Shown piece after piece: positions 29,710 to 41,931 of a DNA stretch of 64,000 nt. The notes below the pieces were generated by a model. It did not search any database. It was given only the letters and a program-made list of their open reading frames with translations, and had not been told where the DNA came from. The stretch comes from an uncultured bacterium (lineage in GTDB: Bacteria; Verrucomicrobiota; Verrucomicrobiia; Limisphaerales; UBA8199), in contig CAVVMW010000023.1 in the NCBI GenBank assembly GCA_963749495.1, forward strand, positions 1-64,000, read 5' to 3'. The position numbers were made by a program, and so were the translations under genes. Positions within the stretch are counted from its first letter, which is position 1. Every line of letters begins with the position of its first letter.

Positions 29710-31793
29710 TCACATTTCTTCTGATCCCTTCAAGGTCCCAAGTTGGCTCGCCTCCGATTCACTGAGCAGGTCCGGGAAGAGGCCCAGACGGACCAGCCGC
29801 TCGCCAGCCGAGGGGATCGAGGTCCAGACGGCCAGCGGCACAGAGAGCAGCCAGCCCGCCACAACTGGCACCAGGAACAGGGCCAGAGGGAACCCGACCC
29901 TCTGGACTGCCACCGCGCCCAGGACCCCGAGGGCCGTCGGCGGCCAGAAAGCCCGCAAGGCCTCACGCCATGAGATGCCCTGGCGCGGGTCGCGGGACTG
30001 GTTGTTCCAGGACACGTGGCCACCCGTGAGGATCTCGAGGACAAACCGCGCGTGAAGGTAGAAAAGCGCCGGGCCGAGCAGAAGACTCAGGAAGAGCTCG
30101 GAGGCGCTCGACGCCATCTCGCTCCACAAGCGTCTGCTCGGCTCGGTCCTGGCCGGCTCGCGATTCCGGCCGTTCCAGGCCCGCTGAAGCCCCAACAAGC
30201 GCGGCGTCAGCAACTGGGTCCAGAGCAAACCCAAAGACCCCCACAACAGCGCTGATTGGGGCTGCTGGGCGTGCGCGCTCCATGCCTGGGCCAAGCCGAT
30301 CCAAATCAGGGCGAGCACGAGCGGCCCGCCAAGATAGGCAAAGATCCCGTTCGCAAAATAGAGCCGGTGCCCCAGTTTCATGCCCTGGGCCAGGATGAAC
30401 CGACTGTGCTGGAAATTGCCCTGGCACCAGCGCCGGTCCCGACGGCCGTAACTGAGAATGTTGGCCGGCAGTTCGTCAAAGGAGCCGCCACTCTCCACGT
30501 CCCAGGCAATCTCCCAGCCGGCCCGCCCGAGAAAGGCGGCCTCGACGATGTCCTGGCTCAGCAGCGGCCCGCCCAGCGGCGGCTTCCCGGGCAGGGTCGG
30601 CAACCGGCAATGCGCCTTGAACGGGTCAATCCGGATCAACGCGTTGTGCCCCCAATAAACCGAGTCCGGTCCCAGGAACCAGTACATGCCCTTGGCATAA
30701 AGCGGCAGGCAGCGAGCGGTCGAATACTGCATCGCCCGGGCAAACGGGGTCACCGAGCCCTTCGGAACCACCACCGTCTGAATAATGGCCGTTGCTGGCT
30801 CGCGCTGCATCCTCAGAATGAGCCGCTCGATGGTCTCGCCGAGCATGACGCTATCGGCATCCAGGACCACCGTGAAATCATAGTTGTCCCCGCGCCGATC
30901 CAGGAAGTTCATTATGTTCCCGGCTTTGAAGTTGCGGCGGTCTGGCCGCCTGAGCAGGAACAGCCGGCCGCTGCCGCTGGCTTCGGCCGCGAAGCTCGGC
31001 AATAGTCTCCGATACATCTCGTCTTCCCGCCGCCTGTAATCCGGATCTTCGCTGTCGCACAGGAGATAGAAATCGCAGTGCCGGTCCAAGCCAAGACGCC
31101 TGACACTCTCCCAGGTCAGCCGCACGCCATCGCGAACCCTTGCCGTGTCCTCGTGGAAAATCGGCATGACGAGTGCCACGCGGGTTGCCACCTTTGCGCC
31201 TTCCCCTCGAGCACGTTCGGCGCACTCGGACACTGCCCCCGGAGTGCGCCCGTCCTCGGGCGCAGCAGCGTCGAAATCGTCGGCCGCTCCGGAGTGTTTG
31301 ACCGCTGCCCTGGCTGGCGGCGTTGCTGCGCCCGGGGACGGGCGCACTCCGATCTCGCCGCAGCACGTGGGGGCGGTGCCGGGACGCGCCCGAGCGTACT
31401 CGGAGGAACAACCCGATCTGGGAAAGGCGCTGCCGATGAGGTAGAGCAGCAGGTTGAGCAGCCCCATCGTCAGCAGGGTGAAGTACAACGAGCCTTGGGC
31501 AATCTCCAAAAGGCCGAGGTGCGATCCTGGGCCCGGGAGTTCAGGCTGACCCAGGCCAAGCCCGCAAGCAGCACGCTCAGGCCAATCACGATGGCTCGCC
31601 GCGCGGGCACCGGGCAGGCCCATGCTCCCGCCCCTGCCGCGGAACCATGGTTGCTCCGCGCCGCGCCAACCGCCGGCCGGGATGGCCCTCCTCGATAAGA
31701 GCGACGCCGACGGTCGCGCTCAGGCTCCGTCCCCGGGCTTCTGCCCGCCTCCGTTGCCGCGGGTTGCGGCGCTATCGAGTCCACCAGGGGCAT
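29710..31793 (-). CDS. mdoH: Glucans biosynthesis glucosyltransferase H (frameshift near 31520; in-frame repeat insertion)
   Basis: VMPIFHED, KAGNI, VLDADS, YWGHNALIR, LSQDIVEA, RDRRWCQGN. Confidence 0.9.
31227..31384. repeat. GGAG-tagged palindromic element (family B) inside mdoH
   Basis: 110-bp core 31241-31350 GGAGTGCGCCCGTCC...GGACGGGCGCACTCC; homolog at 62192-62301. Confidence 0.85.
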
Positions 31794-31836
31794 AACAACG
31801 ATCTGATCACCTCGTAACTGTCGAGGCTGACGCACC

Positions 31837-31906
31837 GGAGCGCGGACGCCCTCGTCCGCGCGTTTCTTTGCTGTCGGCGCCGCGCGGACGAGGGCGTCCG
31901 CGCTCC
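31837..31906. repeat. GGAG-tagged REP doublet
   Basis: GGAGCGCGGACGCCCTCGTCCGCG...CGCGGACGAGGGCGTCCGCGCTCC. Confidence 0.8.
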
Positions 31907-31995
31907 TGCCTGGACAACCATAACGACCTGCACGGACCCCAGCGCGCCTCACAAGCATACAATGAGACGGGGCCTCGGGTGCCGAGGGCCGTGGC

Positions 31996-32604
31996 CTACT
32001 TGGGCGGCTGGGGCGGTAGCTTCTTGGTGGCCTCCTCCACACCCTTGAGCAATTGGTCCCTCGTTTGAGGGTCCTCGATCCTGAGCGTGATGGCGTTAGT
32101 CAGTGCTCCCACCCGGTCGAATTGCCGACCGCCCACAATCCCCGCGATCGAAAAGGTCAATTGGTGTCGGGTCTGACTGGCTATTCTCTTCAAGACAACG
32201 TTCTTGTTCACCCGCTCTGTCAGCCTCTCGTTCTCTGCGGCCCACTCCTCGTACTTTTTGCGCTCTGGCGAATCGAGCGGCATCAACACGGAGTCTCCAA
32301 AGACCTTCGCTTTTTTCTCGTCGAACGTCTTGTCAATACCAGCGAGGCTGCGGTTGAGCACCTCAAGTTCGAGCAGCAATTTCGCGTCTGCCATCTGGCT
32401 GTTGGTGGTCCTAGTCCGCTGGCCCAGGCTGACCACCCATTCCAGTTCCCTGTAGTCCTTGGTGTGGTCGTAGGCCTCAAGGTGCTGTTTAATCTCAGGC
32501 CCCCTCTCGCCGAGGGCGCTGTAAATAGCGGCGTCGTTGGTGGTCTGCGCGTACAGGCCGCTCCCCCATACGGTCAGGCATAACAGAGCGATGTTCGTTT
32601 TCAC
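31996..32604 (-). CDS. Secreted hypothetical protein, paralog 3
   Basis: Signal peptide MKTNIALLCLTVWGSGLYA; ends PPK. Confidence 0.8.
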   Translation of the reverse strand: MKTNIALLCLTVWGSGLYAQTTNDAAIYSALGERGPEIKQHLEAYDHTKDYRELEWVVSLGQRTRTTNSQMADAKLLLELEVLNRSLAGIDKTFDEKKAKVFGDSVLMPLDSPERKKYEEWAAENERLTERVNKNVVLKRIASQTRHQLTFSIAGIVGGRQFDRVGALTNAITLRIEDPQTRDQLLKGVEEATKKLPPQPPK

Positions 32605-32687
32605 TTGTTCTCAAAACTGCGTGGACCCGCCAGAATCCCGCGGCATTCCACCGACCCGAGGAGGGACCGTCTCCCCGGCAGCCCGGC

Positions 32688-33352
32688 CTACTTTGGCGGC
32701 TCCGGCGCCCGCTTCCTGTTCTCCTCTTCCGCCCACCTCTTGCTGCTCTTTCCACACCTTTGAGCAGCTTGTCCCTGGTTGGCGCGTCCTTGACCTTGCG
32801 CGCGATTGCGTTTGTGATCGCGGCCACAGCATCGAACTCCCCGTTCGCCACAAACCCTTCCAGCGAGCCCTCCAGCATGCGGCGGCATTCCTCGCCCCAC
32901 GTCTTTAACATTCTGTTCCGATTGACGCGCTGGCGAAGCCGCTCGTCCTCGGCGACCCACTGGTCGTACTGCTTGCGCTTCTCAGGATCGGACGGAGGCT
33001 CGGAATTTCTGATTCTCCATATGTCGTATGTCCAATGCGGGCTGGCTGGCCATTGACTCTTGATCTCATCAAATGTCTTGTCAACGCCGGCGAGGCACCG
33101 GCTTAACAATTCAACGCGGAGAAGCAGCTTCGCGTCCCACATCGCGCGGTTGGTGGACTGGAGCATCACGACCTTCCAGTAAGCCGCCGCGATTTCGTCG
33201 AGGTTCGTTGTCTTATCGTAGGCGGCGATGTGCGCCTTAATCTCCTGCCCTTTTTCGCCGAGAAGCTTGTAGATGGCGGCGTCGTTCGTGGGCTGCGCGT
33301 ACAGACCGCTGCCCCATACGGTCAGGCATAATGCAGCGATGAATGCTTTCAT
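32688..33352 (-). CDS. Secreted hypothetical protein, paralog 2 (frameshift near 32745)
   Basis: MKAFIAALCLTVWGSGLYAQPTND; an alternative frame ends ...RAPEPPK* at 32688, like its paralogs. Confidence 0.75.
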
Positions 33353-33418
33353 TTCTTCGCATAACCGCGCCGACCCGCAACCATCTCCCGGCCTTGCCCC
33401 GGCGCGGTCCAGTCTCGC

Positions 33419-34027
33419 CTACTTGGGCGGCAAAGGCGGCAGCTTCTTCGCGGCCTCCTCGACCCCCTTCAGCAACTGGTCCCTGGTTTGCGGGTCCTTT
33501 ACCTTGAGCGCGATGGCGTTAGTGAGAACCCCGACCCTTTCGAATTGCCGAGATCCGACGAACCCCTCAAGGAAGAAGGCTACAACGTGTTGGCTGTGCT
33601 TGGCTATTCTCTTCAAGAATACGTTCGTGTTCACCCGCTCTGTCAGCCTCTCGTTCTCTGCGGCCCACTCCTCGTACTTCTTGCGCTCTGGCGAACCGAG
33701 CGGAATCATAACGGAGTTTCCAAAGACCTTCGCTTTTGTCTCGTCGAACGTCTTGTCAATACCAGCGAGGCTGCGGTTGAGCACCTCCATTTGGAGCAGA
33801 AGAGTCGCATCCGTCATGGCCCTGTTCGTGGCGGGGTTCCGCTGGGCAATGCTGACCACCCACTCCAGTTCCTTATAGTCCTTGGTCTGGTCGTAGGCGT
33901 CAAGGTGCTGTTTGATCTCACGCCCCCTTTCACCGAAGGCGTTGTAGATGGCGTCGTCGTTCGTGGGCTGCCCGTACAGGCCGCTGCCACATAACGTCAG
34001 CAATAATAGGGCGATGATCGGTTTCAT
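33419..34027 (-). CDS. Secreted hypothetical protein, paralog 1
   Basis: MKPIIALLLLTLCGSGLYGQPTND; ends PPK. Confidence 0.8.
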   Translation of the reverse strand: MKPIIALLLLTLCGSGLYGQPTNDDAIYNAFGERGREIKQHLDAYDQTKDYKELEWVVSIAQRNPATNRAMTDATLLLQMEVLNRSLAGIDKTFDETKAKVFGNSVMIPLGSPERKKYEEWAAENERLTERVNTNVFLKRIAKHSQHVVAFFLEGFVGSRQFERVGVLTNAIALKVKDPQTRDQLLKGVEEAAKKLPPLPPK

Positions 34028-34041
34028 TTGTGCTTGGTCTT

Positions 34042-35316
34042 TCATTGTATCCATACCCAGTACGGCGTGGCCCCAGGAACGTCCTCGATGGCCGCGCTAA
34101 CCTGGTGGTTCTTGCTGACTGTCCATGTCGTCACCCCGTTCACCGTGTCCATCACTCCCTCCTGGTCAACTGCCCGGAAATCATGGTCCGGCCAGCCCCC
34201 GCCGATCGTCCAGGTCCACGGAATCGGCCACACCACACTGCCCCACTTCGGAACGAACGGTGGCGGCGGGCTCCACGTCTGGATTCCAATATAATCGCCA
34301 CTGAGTGTAAGCGTGCCCATTCCTGGTATCGGGCATAGGCCGCCCATGGCCTTGGGGTTGCCCGCAGTGTGATTAGGCCAGGTGCTGTTTGTCGCAAAGC
34401 CCGTGGCAACCGGTTGGCAGCCCCCCTCCTGCAGAGTCAGGTAGTTGAAATTGACATAATCCGGAAGCACGGAAATGGTTGCGTAGTAGTAGACAGAGAA
34501 GAACCCGGCGTTGCTTGGACAAGTCCCCGTAAGACCCCGGGTTGTGTCTCCCGCAAACAGGAGGCCGCTGGGCGTCCAGACGGTGAACGAGTTGGTAAAC
34601 CGCGCGCCATCAGACGTCACGACCGTGATCGTGGCATTGCCCGGCGTATCGAGGGCGTGAAAGAAGTTCTCGCTTTCCGTTGTACCGCCGATTTCACCGA
34701 CGCCAGTGTAAGTCCAGGTCGTGCTCGGGGGGCCGGGCAGGACCGAGAGGTTGACGTACTCTCCCGCCCCGAGGTCGGTGCGGCTGAGCGGGTCGCCTGG
34801 GCAATCGAACTCGCACTCGTGGACGAACTTGTAAGCCTTGATGTACACGCTCGTAGAGGTCTTGAAACTCGCGGGGGGCTGCAAGGGCACGGAGTCGTTG
34901 TAATTGCTGCTCCAGAACTGCAACTCGGTAGTGGAGAAGAAATTGGTCGCGGTAAAAGAAGCAGTCAGGCCCGGGCCTGACTGCGCCGTGACGGGTTGGA
35001 TTGGGTAGCGAAAGATCCACCAATTAGTGGGCGACGCGGCAAGGCTGACGATGGTCACATTGGTTGCGCAGCCGTTGGCATCGTACTTAACTTTGCTCCC
35101 GTTGGTCCACGTCGGAACTGAGGCTGGGATGGTGATTGGCTGGTTGACGTAATACCAAGGTTGCGCCGTCACGCTGATCGGCGCAGCGGGCCCGAAGGGG
35201 TCGCCCCATTTCCATACCCAATTCGTAGGACATGGATTCTGCTGCGCCAGGCAGGACAACGAGATGCTGGCTGAGCCGGCAACCATAATTGCCCAAAAGT
35301 ACAGGTGGTTCCTCAT
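34042..35316 (-). CDS. Secreted Cys/Thr/Trp-rich beta-type hypothetical protein
   Basis: 424 aa with signal peptide; overlaps the upstream gene (ATGA). Confidence 0.75.
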   Translation of the reverse strand: MRNHLYFWAIMVAGSASISLSCLAQQNPCPTNWVWKWGDPFGPAAPISVTAQPWYYVNQPITIPASVPTWTNGSKVKYDANGCATNVTIVSLAASPTNWWIFRYPIQPVTAQSGPGLTASFTATNFFSTTELQFWSSNYNDSVPLQPPASFKTSTSVYIKAYKFVHECEFDCPGDPLSRTDLGAGEYVNLSVLPGPPSTTWTYTGVGEIGGTTESENFFHALDTPGNATITVVTSDGARFTNSFTVWTPSGLLFAGDTTRGLTGTCPSNAGFFSVYYYATISVLPDYVNFNYLTLQEGGCQPVATGFATNSTWPNHTAGNPKAMGGLCPIPGMGTLTLSGDYIGIQTWSPPPPFVPKWGSVVWPIPWTWTIGGGWPDHDFRAVDQEGVMDTVNGVTTWTVSKNHQVSAAIEDVPGATPYWVWIQ

Positions 35317-36281
35317 AAATGCGAGCTCCGAATTCGGGTTGTTAAGTGGTTGATGGCCTGTGCCAGCGCAGCCTCGAGACCGCCATTAGGTTCGCCTGCA
35401 AGCCCATTCAAGAGGGCGATCTCAGGTTCCCCTCCAAGCGCGCCAATGGCCGCGATGGCCGAGCAGCGCAACGGAATCGGCCCCGGCGCAGCGGCCAGCC
35501 GCGCCGCCACCGCCAGGGCCTCCGTGGCCCCGAGGCGGGCGCAGACCTGCAGGCTGGTGATCTGGCTGAGCTCATCGGCCCGGTCGACGCCCAGAACGCC
35601 CAGGGCGGCGGAGACGACGTTGGAAGTCGCGTAGCCCGTGCTCATGCTGTCTGCCGCGAGGGAGGACAAGCCCAGGAGCGCAGTCCCGGCCATCTCCGAG
35701 CCAGTCTCCTTCGTGGCGCTCCAGAAGACCGCCTCCATGCGGGACAAGGCGTCCTCCGACGCGGGGCCGGGTTGCTCGCGCCAGAGCTGCTCGTAAACGT
35801 TGAACAGGTGCTGGAGGGCATAGTCTCGGACCGTGAGCGGCACGCTCCTGTCCGCAACGAGGTCCGCGAGCATCCGGTCCCAAGGGGCCGTGAGGCTGGC
35901 CTGGCCGCGCAGGACGCGCAGGACCTCATTCTTGATGCCGCCGAGGCGGTGTGGAGGGATGTCCGGGAAGGGCTCCCTTAGAAACTCGTAAAGGCCCTGG
36001 CACTCGGCGGCGGTGAGGGATTTGCCGCGCTGCCTGAACCCCTCGAGTCGCCGGTAGATGTCGTCGTCGCGCAGCTCGCTGGCCGAGAATATGCTCGCTG
36101 CGGGGACGGCCGCTCCCGCTGGCGCCGGCGCCACGCGGCCACTCTGCGATGCGACACGTGCGGGGCGGGCAGGATTCGCCGACAAGGGGCCCACGCTGGC
36201 GGGGCGGCGCAGCACCCACAGTGCAAGGGCCGCCAGTGCCACAGCGCCCAGAGCCAGGCCCATGAACAATTTCGCTTTCAT
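35313..36281 (-). CDS. Membrane-anchored HEAT-repeat protein
   Basis: N-terminal TM; VRDYALQHL, LRCSAIAAIGALG. Confidence 0.75.
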   Translation of the reverse strand: MKAKLFMGLALGAVALAALALWVLRRPASVGPLSANPARPARVASQSGRVAPAPAGAAVPAASIFSASELRDDDIYRRLEGFRQRGKSLTAAECQGLYEFLREPFPDIPPHRLGGIKNEVLRVLRGQASLTAPWDRMLADLVADRSVPLTVRDYALQHLFNVYEQLWREQPGPASEDALSRMEAVFWSATKETGSEMAGTALLGLSSLAADSMSTGYATSNVVSAALGVLGVDRADELSQITSLQVCARLGATEALAVAARLAAAPGPIPLRCSAIAAIGALGGEPEIALLNGLAGEPNGGLEAALAQAINHLTTRIRSSHL

Positions 36282-38259
36282 AACAGCGAGGGGTTGCGGG
36301 TTTCCCGCAGGGCTAACGCTGGCCAAGGAAGACCTTGCCCTGGAAGCCCTTGACCGTGTGGCAGGTCGAAGTCTTCGAGGTCCCGGGCCGCAGGAAGCGG
36401 ACAGTGTACTGGCCCAGGGCATCGAAGTCCCGGGCCGATAATCGCTTGACGACCGTTCCGTCGTCGAAAACCACACCGCCGACGACAAGCGCCACCTGCA
36501 CCTGGACTTCCGGGAGCACCGGGCTGGCCACAAGCCCCATCTCGATGAGGTCGGTGCCATCCGCGTAGGTTTTCGTCACCTCGAAATCGGTCTGATCGGC
36601 TGAATAGACCTGGAATCCCTGGACCGGGAGTTGGGCCAGCACCGGGCCATTTGTCCCCAGCCGCGCCAGCACGCGCTGCACACCGCCGGTAGCCATACAG
36701 AGCCGGCACGCGCCCTGGCTCGCCGCCTGAAGGTTCAGCAGCGGGTCCGCGTCCAAAACGACGCCCTGGGGCAGGCTCGGAGACGCCCAGGCCCTCGGTT
36801 TTCCAACCCAGGCCGCAACCCGGTCCCCGAGGCCCGCGTGGACCACCCGCACCGTCAATCCAGGGCGGCTGACGGCCATCTTGCTGCCCGCGGACGCGGC
36901 CGCAATCGTGAAGGTCCCGGCCTTTTCGAAGTGGTGGCAAGCCGCTTGCCCGCCAACGAGCGTGTAATTGGTCACCCCTTGCACCCCCATGCGGCCAGCC
37001 TGCCGGTCCGCCCCCAGGGCGAGCAATAACGAGTCGCCCTGGCGAATGGTCAGGTTGCCCCCGGCCAGCACGTCTGTCGCAGTCCATTCGGCCTGCCAGC
37101 GCTCGCGGAGGCCCCCGTTCTGGTACACTACCTCGATCAACGCCGGCTTGTCGGGCTGGAATGAAACATCGGCAAACCAGCGATCCCCGGCCCCGGGCTG
37201 GGCTGCGGCCAGACCCGTGCCCGTGCGGATCTCCATCATGCTCAGGAAGCGCCCCCGGCCCTCGACGCACATCGGAGAGGTGGCGCTGTGCAGCCGTCCG
37301 GGGGAAATCTTTGCTGTCTCGACGCCGCAGGCCGACTTGAGCTGCGCGACAACCCAATCCTTCAGCCCGTCCCCACCGGAGCTGGGTCCCTGCAGGCTCT
37401 GCAGGCGGACGGCGAGCAACTCCAGGGACCTGCCCTTGCGGGCATTGTCCCAGGCTATGCGGACCCGATGGAGCCCCGGCTTTACGAAGGGGGTCAAGGT
37501 ATGGACCGTTCCCGTTTGGTGCGGGGGAACGTCGAGCAGCAGGTTCTCCAGCAACTCCCCGTCCAGCGCAACCGCCACACAGAAACCGGGATCGATGTCA
37601 TCCGGGTTGTGGGAAGCCCCCTCGATTTCGATCCGGTACATGTCCGCCGCCGGGGCGATGAGGGCGTACTCGACATAGCCGCGGCGATCCACGGCGTAGA
37701 GGCCCTTTCCCTCCTGTTTCCAGCGGCCCAGTGTTGCCGTGGCTTCAGCACCAGGGATTTCGAGGACGTTCACGATCGAGGTGTAAGTGTTCGCCGGAAC
37801 TGTTCCGTTGGTCGAAGCGCCACTGTCAGTCTGCGCCGATCCACCAACCGGACGCGCCGCGGATGGCCCGGCAGCGAGGGCAGGGGGCACCGTGCCGCCC
37901 TGGCCGCCTGCGCCACCAGCGATTACCAGCGGCCCGTCCGCGTAGAGTTGCGTCGAGGGGACCGGTTCCTTCGGGGTCGAAGGGCTGCTCCAGAGCAGCT
38001 TGGCGATCGCCTCGCGCGAGCGCTGGTAGGTACTCGACGCGCAAAGCTCGCTTCACGCCTGCACTCAGTGAGACTCTCGCGGAGGCTCTGCTGGGCTGCC
38101 CGGTCTGTCCACGCATCGATCAGAAGCTCGTCATCGAGCCAGAGCCTGGCCCCGTCGTCGCTGAGGATGTGCAACGCGTACATTTCATCGTATTGCGCCT
38201 CGATCCAGCCGGTCCACCTGGCGCTGAAGTTCTCCGGTCCAATACCCTGCGCGGGCGAG

Positions 38260-40090
38260 GGGTGCGCGACAAAAAAGTAACCAAAATTTGAGCAGGCCCG
38301 CCTGCTGATTGATTTTTGTTGCTATATTGTATCTAGTTAGATACAATACGCACCATGACCGCTTCGCTTTCTCAGCTCGAAGACCGGCGCGAGCAGATCC
38401 TTGAACAGATCAAGGCTATCAACCGGTTGCGCCGCGGCTCCTTAAGCCGCCAATTCTTCAAGAAACCCCGCGCTGGCTCCAAAGCCCCCCAGGGCCCTTA
38501 CTACGTGCTCCAAGCCTACTTCCATGGGCAGAAGTTCGCCGAGCGCATCCCGGCCGATCAGGCCCCCCAAATCGAACCCCTCGTCGCCAATTACAGACGC
38601 TTTAGCGAACTGGCCGAGGAGTTTGTCACCGTCACCGACCAAATCACCCGCCTGAGTCAAGCCGCCCCCGACGCAAAAAAAAACTCCAGACCGAAGTCGG
38701 GCAGGAGCGATTCCGGGAAGCCAACGCCTTCATCCGGTTAGTCCAAGGGCAGTGGCAACAGCAGGGAGTGCGCAATCTCGAGGCGGTGGAAATTGGCCTG
38801 CGCGAGGCGCTCTTCCGCGATGCCTGTGGGATTCTGGGGGATTTGCTCAACGACCCGGCGCTGCCGGTGCCCGAGGATCAGGGCCGCCCAGGCGAAAGGT
38901 GCCACGCCGGCGGCCCAAGGAGCCGCTGACCCTCTTCGGGCTAGTGGCCCTACGGCGCAACTATTACTATTGGGCGAGCCGGGAGCAAGGCCGTGCCCCG
39001 CTGGACCAGGCGCTGGGTCTGTGGGCAGGCTATTCGCCCGGGGTGCTGCGGATCATTTGCCGCGCGGCCGCGCGCCATCCCTTCGACGTGGCGGCGGCCG
39101 AGCTCAAAGCCTATTGCGGGCTGCAGGTCGAAGGCCGCCAGATTCAGCGCATCGCTCAGGAAATGGGACCGCGGGTGCGGGCGGTCCAAGAACAATTGCC
39201 TCCCTTCAAGCATGACTCGGGCCTGATTCCCGTCATGTATATCGCCGTTGATGGCACCGGGGTTCCCATGCGGCCCGAGGAATTGGAAGGCCGTGCCGGC
39301 AAGCAACCCGATGGCTCAGCCAAGACCCGAGAGGTCAAGTTGGCTTGTGTGTTTACCCAAACCACCCTTGATGAGGAGGGATTGCCGTTGCGGGACTTTG
39401 AGTCCTCCAGCTACGTGGCAGGCTTTGAAGAGGCACCCGATTTCATGGTGCGGGCACGCCAGGAGGCCCTCCGCCGCCGTCTGCCGGCAGCGCAGGTGTC
39501 GGTGCTGCTGGGCGACGGGGCTGCCTGGATTTGGGACCACGGGGCGAAGTGCTTCCCGATGGCCTTCCAAATTCTGGACTTGTATCACGCCCTGGAACAT
39601 CTCTCCGACCTGACGAAATTGCTCGAACCGGACCCTGCCGCCGCCCAGGCCCTGTGGCGAACTTGGCGCGAGCAGTTCTTGGCCGACGACGTGGAGGAAG
39701 TCCTGCGTCAAGCCCGGGAAAGGACGGGCAAACTGGCCGCTCAGACTGCTGAATCAGCAGGCAAGCAGATCGCATACTTCGAGCACAACCAGAGCCGTAT
39801 GCTCTACGCCACCTACCGCGCTTTGGGATTTTTCTACGGCTCGGGGGTGGTCGAAGCCGGCTGCAAAACGGTTATCGGCGGACGCTGCAAGTGCTCCGGC
39901 ATGCTTTGGTCAGAAGAGGGAGCTACCCACGTCCTGGATTTGCGCTGCGCTCTGTATGGCAACCAATTCGACCAAGTCTGGGATCGCTTAAACCAAAGCG
40001 ATTACCTGCGAATTCGCGTCGCCAACCCCCCGGCTCAAGCCGAGGAAGCTGCGTAATGGCACCTAATTGTTACTATTTTGTCCGGCTCCC
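38260..40090 (+). mobile_element. ISKra4-like (Mutator/IS256 superfamily) IS, copy 1
   Basis: IRL GGGTGCGCGACAAAAAAGTAAC, IRR GTTACTATTTTGTCCGGCTCCC; ORFs 38355-38741 and transposase to 40056 (1-bp deletion near 38910). Confidence 0.85.
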
Positions 40091-40099
40091 AACCCCAGG

Positions 40100-41931
40100 G
40101 GGTGCGCGACAAAAAAGTAACCAAAATTTGAGCAGGCCCGCCTGCTGATTGATTTTTGTTGCTATATTGTATCTAGTTAGATACAATACGCACCATGACC
40201 GCTTCGCTTTCTCAGCTCGAAGACCGGCGCGAGCAGATCCTTGAACAGATCAAGGCTATCGACCGGTTGCGCCGCGGCTCCTTAAGCCGCCAATTCTTCA
40301 AGAAACCCCGCGCTGGCTCCAAAGCCCCCCAGGGCCCTTACTACGTGCTCCAAGCCTACTTCCATGGGCAGAAGTTCGCCGAGCGCATCCCGGCCGATCA
40401 GGCCCCCCAAATCGAACCCCTCGTCGCCAATTACAGACGCTTTAGCGAACTGGCCGAGGAGTTTGTCACCGTCACCGACCAAATCACCCGCCTGAGTCAA
40501 GCCGCCCCCGACGCAAAAAAAAACTCCAGACCGAAGTCGGGCAGGAGCGATTCCGGGAAGCCAACGCCTTCATCCGGTTAGTCCAAGGGCAGTGGCAACA
40601 GCAGGGAGTGCGCAATCTCGAGGCGGTGGAAATTGGCCTGCGCGAGGCGCTCTTCCGCGATGCCTGTGGGATTCTGGGGGATTTGCTCAACGACCCGGCG
40701 CTGCCGGTGCCCGAGGATCAGGGCCGCCCAGGCGAAAGGTGCCACGCCGGCCGGCCCAAGGAGCCGCTGACCCTCTTCGGGCTAGTGGCCCTACGGCGCA
40801 ACTATTACTATTGGGCGAGCCGGGAGCAAGGCCGTGCCCCGCTGGACCAGGCGCTGGGTCTGTGGGCAGGCTATTCGCCCGGGGTGCTGCGGATCATTTG
40901 CCGCGCGGCCGCGCGCCATCCCTTCGACGTGGCGGCGGCCGAGCTCAAAGCCTATTGCGGGCTGCAGGTCGAAGGCCGCCAGATTCAGCGCATCGCTCAG
41001 GAAATGGGACCGCGGGTGCGGGCGGTCCAAGAACAATTGCCTCCCTTCAAGCATGACTCGGGCCTGATTCCCGTCATGTATATCGCCGTCGATGGCACCG
41101 GGGTTCCCATGCGGCCCGAGGAATTGGAAGGCCGTGCCAGCAAGCAACCCGATGGCTCAGCCAAGACCCGAGAGGTCAAGTTGGCTTGTGTGTTTACCCA
41201 AACCACCCTTGATGAGGAGGGATTGCCGTTGCGGGACTTTGAGTCCTCCAGCTACGTGGCAGGCTTTGAAGAGGCACCCGATTTCATGGTGCGGGCACGC
41301 CAGGAGGCCCTCCGCCGCCGTCTGCCGGCAGCGCAGGTGTCGGTGCTGCTGGGCGACGGGGCTGCCTGGATTTGGGACCACGGGGCGAAGTGCTTCCCGA
41401 TGGCCTTCCAAATTCTGGACTTGTATCACGCCCTGGAACATCTCTCCGACCTGACGAAATTGCTCGAACCGGACCCTGCCGCCGCCCAGGCCCTGTGGCG
41501 AACTTGGCGCGAGCAGTTCTTGGCCGACGACGTGGAGGAAGTCCTGCGTCAAGCCCGGGAAAGGACGGGCAAACTGGCCGCTCAGACTGCTGAATCAGCA
41601 GGCAAGCAGATCGCATACTTCGAGCACAACCAGAGCCGTATGCTCTACGCCACCTACCGCGCTTTGGGATTTTTCTACGGCTCGGGGGTGGTCGAAGCCG
41701 GCTGCAAAACGGTTATCGGCGGACGCTGCAAGTGCTCCGGCATGCTTTGGTCAGAAGAGGGAGCTACCCACGTCCTGGATTTGCGCTGCGCTCTGTATGG
41801 CAACCAATTCGACCAAGTCTGGGATCGCTTAAACCAAAGCGATTACCTGCGAATTCGCGTCGCCAACCCCCCGGCTCAAGCCGAGGAAGCTGCGTAATGG
41901 CACCTAATTGTTACTATTTTGTCCGGCTCCC
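40100..41931 (+). mobile_element. ISKra4-like IS, copy 2
   Basis: Same IRs; ORF 40195-40581 (DUF6788-like LRRGSL...GPYYVL) and transposase 40608-41897 (YIAVDGTG, LGDGAAWIW, LDLYHA, GSGVVEAGCK). Confidence 0.9.

Noticed and set aside
32495..32687. Arg-rich C-terminal tail of paralog 2
   Set aside because: Likely a frameshift artefact; another frame ends in the conserved PPK* at 32688.
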